DNA of 59,013 nucleotides, filler included, from Dimargaris cristalligena (lineage: Eukaryota), in assembly GCA_003614675.1 (NCBI GenBank). It is 5 parts of 5 records of this genome, joined end to end, with 100 filler letters (N's around TTAATTAATTAA, not from the genome) between each part and the next. Parts side by side here need not be neighbours in the genome. Positions count along the whole stretch, not along the records: positions 47,342 to 59,013 come from ML003092.1; 4 more parts are not named here. One strand, given 5' to 3'. Shown here in pieces: positions 49,903 to 59,013 of the stretch. The notes beneath the pieces were generated by a model. That model saw only the letters and a program-made list of their open reading frames with translations, had not been told where the DNA came from and did not search any database. Position 1 is the stretch's first letter. Every line of letters starts with the position of its first letter. Both the position numbers and the translations under genes were made by a program.

Positions 49903-52015
49903 TTAATAAATTGTCGTGCAGGAAATAATGCACCACTTAGCGATAACCTGAAGGAAAGTGTGATTTGGTAGACAACCGAGTTGGAGAAGTTTTGTTCTTA
50001 AGATGCCATGATGCTCGGCCAACCGGTACCAGGCTTGTTGGGGATGATGCAGGTATAACTCCCCGGTAATAATAAAGGATGTCTGTACCATATACATACT
50101 TGCGTCTTTCAAGGCACTGGCGAGGAAACTCAACTGAAGCCCGGAAGCCGGCAGAATATTGGTAATGTTACCCAAGCCCAATTTAAGCTGGGAGGGGCCT
50201 CTTGCAGGAGGGAGTCCTCGGGTGGATAAGGATAGCCCACTTCACCAAGTAAGCTATAGGGCTTGTAGTGGGTAAGCTTTGGGTTTCCGATGACCCGTCG
50301 GATTTCGAGTGATTAAATGTACACTCTGCTAGCCCAATAATATTGCTACACTTAAACACCTGGACAATAGAAATACATAGGCAGCAGTGGCAGCAGAGGG
50401 AGGACAAGAAAATGGCAGCAATCGAGTGACCACTGAGTTGGAAAAATTATTTATAAATGTCAATTTCATAATAGGGAATATCCAAGGTCTGGCTAAAGGC
50501 CTCAATGACCAGGGCTGCACTGGATTCTGCGGGGCTACGATGGCCCTACCAGTATCCATCAATGTTGGTTCGGCCATCCTTGCAGCCAATGTATGTTTAT
50601 CAGTCTTGCTATTGGTGTTGTGGGGTAACCCGTCAATATTAAATATGAGTGAAGTTCAGCTCGGCTATATAAGGTTTTAACTGATATGCATATGGGAAAG
50701 TCAGTGGGATGTTTATTTTCAACCAGTAATGTTTGTCTCATCAGATAGATTTTTCGTTATACAGCCTTGTTGAACTACTCCCATATGGTATTTGGGTTCA
50801 TATATATGGGTAGAATCTGGCCAATATGCAACTTTACGGGCCCGGCTGACACCGAGCTAGGGCGGACACATGCTTAAATCTTGCAAATAACAATACCTAC
50901 AGTAGCGCCCTGCACACCCAGATGACTGAGTAGATACATCTTAATCTCCTGGGGCTCTATTCATTGACCGTGGATCTTTACTTGGCCCTCATGGCGAGAA
51001 AAATATTTGCCAGTGCCATCAGCCAGCCAGCCAGCGACCGGTATTGAACGTGTGGTATAAGAGGTCATTTCCAGTAAAGGGGTTGGTCAAAGGTTATTCA
51101 CGGATAAGTTCAGGCAAGTTGACGTCACCTCGGATAATCTGAATACCCATAACATAGATTTTACCCCGCACCCCAACAGGCACAGGTCAGAGACTCTGAT
51201 CAAGGATATAGGCCTCGGTGTTAGGAACTGGCTTGCCAACGGTAAGTACACTCCCTGGTGTGTATTCAATGGAATGCACCATGAGACATTTGGTAGGACC
51301 ATAGATATTGAACATCCGGTAGTGACTCATCCAGCGCTCTGCCACCTGGCGCGGAAGGGCTTCACCTGCGGCCATCATCTTCTCTAGCCGGGGGTACTTG
51401 GATAGATCCAATGACGCCAGAACAGTTGGTGTGGCTAATTGGGCATCTGTCATAGGAAGCATGTCCAAAATACCGGTGTGCATGATAATGGGGCCATCTT
51501 TACATAGACATGTGAAGATTTTAAGAAGTTCCCCGCCAAACGTCGGGGCCATATTCTTCATCAACTGCAATACAGGGGTGATACGGGCCATCGACTCAGC
51601 CCGCTAAACAAAATATGCCATCAAGCGGTGTTCCAGCTGGACACCCTTGGGCCGACCTGCTGTACCTGATGTGTAAAGGATATGTGATAGGTTAGTGGGC
51701 TTAATTCGGGGCAAGAGGGTGAATTGGTCTGAGGGTAACTAACTGGGTGGGGAGGAGCCTGTCATCAATAGTAAGGAACTTGATATCCAAAAGGGCCAGT
51801 CAAATAGACCCTAAATTATCCTGGCTGGCTGTGTTTGTAAGTACTAGTCGGATACCACTATCTTCCACTATGTAGCTGATCCGGTCGATGGGGAAGGTTG
51901 GGTTGAGGGGCACAATGCCAGTACTGGTTTGGTGGATACCCAGGAAACTTGCATTAGTACAAAGCAGTCAGCCGATTAGAAAACTAACTGGTGCTTCATG
52001 TTGAATACCCTTATA
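49903..52015 (-). pseudogene. Non-ribosomal peptide synthetase fragment (A, PCP, start of C domain), pseudogenised
   Basis: A-domain motifs VPLNPTFPIDRISYIVEDS, ILYTSGTAGRPKGV, AGEAL, NIYGPT, QVKIHGQ*IEPQEI, LPHNTNSKTD; PCP FFQLSGHSIAA; C-domain start ILPASGLQ..AWYRLAEHHGILRT. Multiple stops and frameshifts. Confidence 0.88.
50647..50782 (-). mobile_element. MITE copy C (136 bp) inserted in the NRPS A domain
   Basis: Same TIR motifs with ATAT flanks. It interrupts the NRPS just before the A10-like motif. Confidence 0.75.
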
Positions 52016-52470
52016 CCCAACTGTGCCAGTACCAGGAAGGGCACCGACAATACCAGCAAATAAGCCAGAATCAAAAATACTGAATTCTACAGTTAATATA
52101 TTATTTTTTGAATATTTGTTTATTCTATAATCTCGGATTAGCAGCTTGATGCGTGAAAATTCACACACTAGATTTAGCTGCAAGACAACATCACCGCTGC
52201 TTGTGCCCACAAGGACCATTTAACAAAAAGTAAAGATTGTTATATGTATTAAAAATTACAATGCTTAGAATAAGGCAGCGATGATAAGTTACTGGGGCTA
52301 GATAGCATGGGTACTAAATCCCATAGCTTTGCATCAAAGGGTGTGCTATGTCTCGTAAACATATACTATAAACTACCCTAGGACTCAGATACCGATTTAT
52401 GAATGGTTTAGAATAGAAACCTCCGTGGAGATGTCTGCCGCAGGCTTGCTAAGCGTGGAATATATAATAT

Positions 52471-52748
52471 AGGTTGAAATTCGGCCCAGCTGTATAAGGA
52501 TTTAAATGATAAGTGTATGGGAAATATATGGGTGAAATTCAAACTAGCTGTATAAGGTTTTACATAATACATGTATGGATGAATATATATGCGAGAATAC
52601 CTTTTAACCAGTAATATTAGCCTCATCCAATGGATTTTTCATTATACAGCCTGAATGAACTTCTCCCATATGGAACATTTATTTTTAGCCACTAGTATTT
52701 GTTCCATCCATCGGATTGTTTGTTTTACAGCTCGGCTGAACCTCTCCC
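52471..52748 (-). mobile_element. Nested MITEs: copy D (52530-52667) inserted inside copy E
   Basis: Two left TIRs in tandem are followed by two right TIRs. Removing D plus one ATAT restores a 136-bp copy. Confidence 0.8.
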
Positions 52749-54092
52749 ATATGCACTTGCTGGTTGCCATCATAGACAATAGCTCCTACCACCTCTACCA
52801 CAAAGTAGTCAATTCTCTTGTTAATGTAATACCTATTTGATATCTGACGTAGATGGTCAAAAGGGCAATTATATTACTCATCAGTAAACTGTCCCAGTAG
52901 GCTGTAGTTATTTTTATTTTTAAAGAGGGTACATTGATTAGACTATACAGATGGAAAACACAAGATTCTGCTTAATGGCTTACCGGCCCTGAAAAGATTC
53001 AAACCAAGAGATATAGATTACAACTGTAGGTAGATATGATTTGGATTATTCATAAGTGCCAGAACGTGAAAGTTGCCATTCGACAAAATATTCTGTAGCA
53101 GTTCCGTCATGATCTAAAACATAGATGAGCAATGGACTAACTAGTAGGTGAGTATTGTGTTTGAGAAAACTGCGGAGGTGTCCAGAGAACGGTACTATGG
53201 TTCAAGGAGCTATACTTTTTTCTTCTTCTGGTCTAATATTTTCCGGGACCGGGGAAAGGCCGCTGTTCTTGATCTCTGGGAGGTCTCGTTAACTCGATGG
53301 GTTTGCTCAAAATGCCCTCGCTGGTAACCAATTTCCCAGGCGGCTTTAACGGTACTTCAGCAGTTACCTTAATGGGGAGATTAGAACTGAGATGGTGAAC
53401 CGAATGTATCCTGCGCTTGGTACCTAGCGACAGAGGAGGATACCTTTTGTTCAGTGTCGTGGTCATCGGAATCTTAAGTGCGGAGGGCAAAGTAAATCTT
53501 TGGAGTGATGTGCGTATCGTTGAGGGGTTTAAGTGGCGGGGACTGTAAATATAAACTTGCCCCAGCCATACTCTTGAGATTTCTAGAAATCAGAACCTCG
53601 ATAGTGTCTCTTTCTTCATATATCTTACAAACCAATAAATGTAAAATATCATTTAATATCCAGATACCTCTAATTTTAGGAAGCCTAGAGGGTGTTTTAG
53701 AAACCTAATTGGGCATCACTTAATTATGACGGGTCCCGTTTGCCTTTAATGTACGAAAAGGCGTTTATGACCGCTCTGGCTATATGATCTGCAATTTCAA
53801 TCACGCTTAGTAGAACAATTGATGGTTTTCTTTTTTGGTTCTACATTGTATTCTAGGAAATCCCGCAGCCATCGTATCATATCCATCGTCGTTTAAATGA
53901 CCCAACTAACGTGCAGAGCCGTGTACATGGCCCGCCATAGCGTGGAAAATATAGCCCTATGCATCATCGTTTTACTGAAAGCGACCGATTTTGCTACCCA
54001 CCTCATGGTATAAAGGGTAGCTACCTTTCGATGCGACACAAAATCCACCTTTAAAATCAGCCGACTGCCCCAGATTACTTACGCAATCTAGT

Positions 54093-54968
54093 TTATTCGG
54101 CAGCTCTAATTACGTGTTGGATGTATACATTGGGATAACAAGCCTCCACTAGGTATTCGGGTTTGATTAAATCAATAACTGAGAACCACACCGAATCAAA
54201 AAGCGGATGGGATGCCATTCGCGAATATTTCCAGTACTCAGGGTAAAAGCCCACGCTTTCCTAATCCAGAATACCAGTTATTTGGCATATATCGGGGTCC
54301 ACCATGATATTATGCGGCAGCAAATCTCCGTGCGTTAGATTAATGGTATACATATGTTGCTTTAGATGTTTGGAAAACATCCTCGTAAACCCGGTGGGAG
54401 GATGGCTCTGCCTGTATTGTAACAGATGGTTCATCATAAACTCTTCGACCTCGTGCTTTGGCATGGGTGTAGGAAACAGGACAAATGGATCGTACAAGGC
54501 TAGTTCAGTGTCACTATCGGTCCAGATACAGGGCCCTACTACATCATTTTGCATCTACCGCATCTGCTGTATGTAGTCGTTGAGCTGTTTGGCGATGCGC
54601 TGTATATGATCCGCCTTTATCCGGCTTTGGGCAATACATTCTTTTAGGGTGATTACCGCAATGCGTTCCATTTCAATAAACGAATTGGACTCGTCAATAC
54701 GATAGCTGTATATGTCTGGAACCGGCATGGTCGTGTGTTCCTTGATAGACTGCATGGCTTGCACCTCCCGCATGTTCAGTTGACCTTTACGTTTTACATA
54801 TGTATTGCTGTTAGAGCCTGGCCTCGCGCAGTTGGACTTCGGAATTTCGGAGGAGGAATTTGCTTCCCTATCAGAGCAGTCCACAGCCACGGAGGGCGAC
54901 TCCCAAGCTGCATAAGACAGAAGGCTCGCCGAGTTGGAGGAGACGGGGGCTGGGGCGGATGCGACCAT
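54093..54968 (-). pseudogene. Aminoglycoside-phosphotransferase-like (APH/choline kinase fold) kinase with two in-frame TAG stops
   Basis: Motifs YVKRK, REVQAMQSIKEHTTMPVPDIY, FIEMERI, THGDLLPHNIMVD and ITGILD*ESVGFYPEYWKY lie in one frame. Stops at 54555-54557 and 54261-54263. Confidence 0.85.
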
Positions 54969-57620
54969 GGTGGCGGATGTGAGTAGGGGGATAACAGGGT
55001 AACGAATGGGAGTAGGTGGATAACAAGGTAACGTCAATTATTATTATTGTATTGTTTATTACAGAATAAATCGTCTTAGAGGCGATAATAACTAGAGAAG
55101 GAGATAGACGGAAGCAAAATGGGGAATGGAAGACACAACGGTAGAATGCGAGAAGGCAGCAGCTGACCCCTTTCAAAGAGAGGTGGGAATTCCGTCAGTT
55201 ATCTATGTGTCTTGGAAGGCCCGCTTAGGTGACTAAGTATACTAATAACGTTAAAAGGCCTAATAAGATAAAAAAGGAATTGGAAACACAGAAAGGCGAG
55301 TAGGATATTTTTAACGCAAGCCAGTGGGGTAAACTTACAATAGTAATTTATTCTGGTAATAGTGACCTCACCCCTGTAGGGATATTGTTGAAACCACAGC
55401 ACTGGGTAGCCTCTACAACTTGAGGTCTAGCATCCCTCAGAGGGGACGGACGACTCCAAGTTTGGATGATCCTTCATCTCGCCCGGTGAGAATGCACCAC
55501 CCATGTCCCTTGTCATGGCCGCCCCTTTGGAGCAAGCGGCGAACAGCTGCCACTCCAATCATGCATAGGAAGAATAGATATACAAGGAGGAATGATCTTT
55601 GCACTCAAGAGATCTTCGTATTTAAATTAAATATTTATTATAAATCACATCTTAATTTTGGCCCAACTCGGCACATTGATCATTTGCCCACCCCCCCCTC
55701 GGCGCCACAATACCCTACTATAGGATTTTATGATCAATGACTATTAAGTACTTCTATTAGTAACAATAGTTACTTTAGTCAAGTCATTTAGTATCTAACC
55801 CCAACCAAATTCCTCTATTTTATCAATAAATTATTACCAAAAACTTTGAATAAAACTATCCATATTTCGAACCAGTATTACTGATGATTTTTCCTAACAA
55901 TTATCTTTTTTATTTTACTATACTTTATATTATATTTTAGCATAATACCCTTATTAACCCGATGGTTAACCGTGAGGCTATCAAGTATTTCAGTAGACCC
56001 TCCACCTTCCAACTAAGCCACGTCTACTTCGGTCCCTGGCCGCTCAATTACTAGATACAGTATCATCGTCTATATCATCAAACCTTAGGAACCAGTTCCT
56101 GGTGAGCCACTGAGCTCCTCCTAAACCGCTGGTAAAACTTATCCAGAAATATTGATCCTCTAATTCTTGGTAGATCCCCTTATCTTGGCTTTTCAGCTGC
56201 CCAACTACACTATACAACCATTTTTAGGCATCAGTTACTATACCACTATTGCCGAAACTCAACAAGAAAATGTGTATATTATTGAAGCCGGTATTGGCCT
56301 AACTGTCAATTGACAGGCAAGTAAAACGCCTAATAATATGCAAATTGGATTAGGGCTTAGTATCTGTTTCAGCTTAATTATTGAAAACAGGGTCTGAAAC
56401 AGACTTCTTCGGAACTCACAATGATACTACATTATGTGATACCATGGATACTAACCAGATCGCGGTCCTTAACAATGGCCATAACACTACCTTTGTATGT
56501 TTTATAGAATGCAGGTATAATAGCGAAATATATACACACCAAACAAGATAAGGTCGACATTGGGAATTCTGCATTGATTAGTGATAGGCACATGAAGTGT
56601 TCCAGAAAACAATTTAGCAATGGGATATAGACACCGATGAATAACCATTGAAATATTTAACCAATTCAGTCAATAAAAATATAAGAGAAGCGAAAGTAAG
56701 ATATGGAAAATTGAATATACGAATTGACTAACAGGCATTTATCTGATTTTAGCTACTCACCATGTATATACAAAGTATACCAACCTGACTCAAACATTTG
56801 AAGTAGTATGCCTAGGTGTATGATACCCTGTGGGGGGAGTACCACAAGCTTGTGACACTGGTATAATCATACCCTGGAGGAGAAGGGTATGGTGGCAGCT
56901 CTCTATTGACCTTATTAGGAAATCGAGGTGGGGTTTCTGCCATTGATCCAAACTCGTTTGACCCAGTACCATGGCAGCCTTATATGACCCCTGGAAGTGC
57001 AAATGCCGCATCCACCAAGTTCGAATATATATTTTTTATCAAAGGTCTGTGAAAAACACCGCTATTCGCATAGCTTATCCATTTACCAACTATTCGGATT
57101 AAGTATCTATGTTTATCCACCGTGTGAAAGCCGAATGGCCACCCTCTATTTCCTTACTCCTTGTAGCAGTGGCGTCAGCTTTCAATCAGAAGCTGCAACC
57201 CGTTATCCATCATGTTTTTAGTTTAGCAAAAGGAAGTACAACGGGGATCAATGAACGCAGTGCTGCTTAGCCTAGTCATAACTCGGGTATAATATATGGT
57301 CATCTTCCACCCTGGATAAAGCAACAGTTATTTGACCTACTCTTTTACATGCCCATAGCTTTTGTAATTTCTCTCATCTGTAGCAATACCAGGTTGCGCT
57401 TATTGCTGGCCTTTTATTATTATTACTGACCAAGATCCCAGACTTTTCATTTTACACTACTATTTGGGTCTCGGACCCCTCTACTTTTTTAATTTCAAGT
57501 ATCTTGCAATTGGTCACACTCGTCAGGCCGGTTGGATTCATGGTTCTGAGAACGACACTGCCATCGGAAAATAGAACGGTCGCACCCGGCTGCTTGGCGA
57601 TAACAGCTTATTTAATCGAC

Positions 57621-57986
57621 ATGGCCAACGTGTACCGGGTTACATATGGCACTTCGGGAACAAATCGAGCTCACCATGCTCTTTATATCGCTAATGCCAT
57701 CAACGATCCACATGGATGTCTTCTTCACGTTGTGGGAGACAAGCGAGTTAATATGCGGATGGAGAGGCGTAACCGTACCAATGTGGAGAATAGTACATCC
57801 TATGTGGGCCATGATGAACTGGGAACTACGGACCACTCTGTCGACGATATCGCAAACCTGTTGAAGACCATTCGTGATGGTAAATGGACGGCAGCACAAT
57901 ATAGGAATGACGGATACGACTGTCAAGATTGGGTCAATGAGGCTATTGCGAAGATGGTTAGCAGATCGATGCTCACCCGGGTTTAG
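57621..57986 (+). CDS. Small fungal DUF6540-like protein (121 aa), possibly a permuted papain-like fold
   Basis: Pattern HHALYI..LLHVVG..M..E..S.S..LG..CQDWVNEAI recalled as typical of this fungal family; clean ORF from ATG 57621. Confidence 0.6.
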   Translation: MANVYRVTYGTSGTNRAHHALYIANAINDPHGCLLHVVGDKRVNMRMERRNRTNVENSTSYVGHDELGTTDHSVDDIANLLKTIRDGKWTAAQYRNDGYDCQDWVNEAIAKMVSRSMLTRV

Positions 57987-59013
57987 GTCGCATTCGTCTA
58001 CCAGTACTGGATGTGCAACCAATCGATCTTAACGGGTGCGAAATTTAACGCACTGACATCGAAGGTGACAAATACTATAACTTGTATGGTTGTTGGGCAT
58101 ATAAGTCGAATAACTATCACCACCATGGATAATCCTTAAGTTATGATTCTCAACCGGTTTTCTCACTGTCTCTTTTCCCGGTATTTGTACGAGTTGCGAG
58201 ATAGTCTAAGGCATACCTTTCCGATTGTTTTATCTGCTAACCGATCCTAATTCAGACTAGTTAGTAGTAACCATACTAGGCCCCATTGCGCCATATTGCT
58301 ATTATCATTAATTCTAACCTTTTTGGCATCCAGCCCGGTCTTCAAGCTTTCTGCTCTAGCATCGATCCCAATCCCACTGGGCCCTGGTCATCCTATTTAG
58401 TTATTTATTTATTTTATGAATATTCCACTCGGGATACTCACCATGGAGTCGCCCCCACATATAGAATAGGTCCCCGCTGGGACCTGTTAATACCTCAACC
58501 TATTTCCACCCCCCTGTTTACTTAATAAACGCACCATATAATAAATCCCTCGGTTACTAATTAGTAACTATATTTTACTACACTATGTTGTGTTCATAAT
58601 TAATACCACAAGGTAATATAGCCTGATAACCTTATCAGGGCCAACTGGAACAGTCTCAGTCTAGTGGGAAAAACTAACTAACTAAGGGAAACACGCACTC
58701 GGCGGGGACAATTCTTATCTGATCTTCAGATAGGGACAACTAGGGCAACTGGGGATCACACAGGGATCCTTCTAATGTATGGCAGATAAGGCACAATGCA
58801 TGGGCTTGGGCCAAATGGACGATAGGAATAGAACAAGACCGGTGGATCAAAATAACTGACTGGTAAACTTATACTTGGTGTCAAAACTGCCTGTTTATTA
58901 GGAGAATACCCGACGGGTATTTATATGAAATGTAATAAAAAAGGCCACTAATGTTGGTGGCTCTGAGATTACTAAGTCTGGGGATATTCCCCAGACTCCT
59001 ATAACTAAATGAT

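Noticed and set aside
54261..54557. TAG codon reassignment suggested by two in-frame TAGs
   Set aside because: Intact genes in the window (La-like, Dpy-30-like, hydrolase) terminate at TAG.

Overview
Eukaryotic, intron-rich fungal DNA. The gene set and decayed NRPS are compatible with an early-diverging fungus such as a Zoopagomycota/Dimargaris-like mycoparasite, but this is inference only. The window is not contiguous. It holds five unrelated ~11.7-kb contigs sorted by decreasing length and joined by 100-nt N/TTAATTAATTAA spacers. Contig 1 has a 5'-truncated Ty3/gypsy pol, a 6-exon La/LARP7(Pof8)-like gene with a long, highly foldable intron, and SGF29. Contig 2 has MutY, a membrane alpha/beta-hydrolase-fold protein lacking the nucleophile Ser, tRNA-Glu(CTC) and a CorA/ALR Mg2+ transporter. 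Contig 3 has GYP1/TBC1D22, an intronless C2H2 zinc-finger protein with an apparent signal peptide, and a Dpy-30/SDC1 gene missed by the ORF track. Contig 4 has MITE copies, DOA1/PLAA and an orphan secreted protein. Contig 5 has a decayed DIRS-type element, an NRPS pseudogene, nested MITEs, an APH-like kinase pseudogene, a DUF6540-like ORF and a hairpin-dense terminus. The top candidates for new biology are the putative secreted transcription-factor effector (31402-33114), the structured intron of the LARP7-like gene, and a ~136-bp ATAT-targeting MITE family that inserts into itself.
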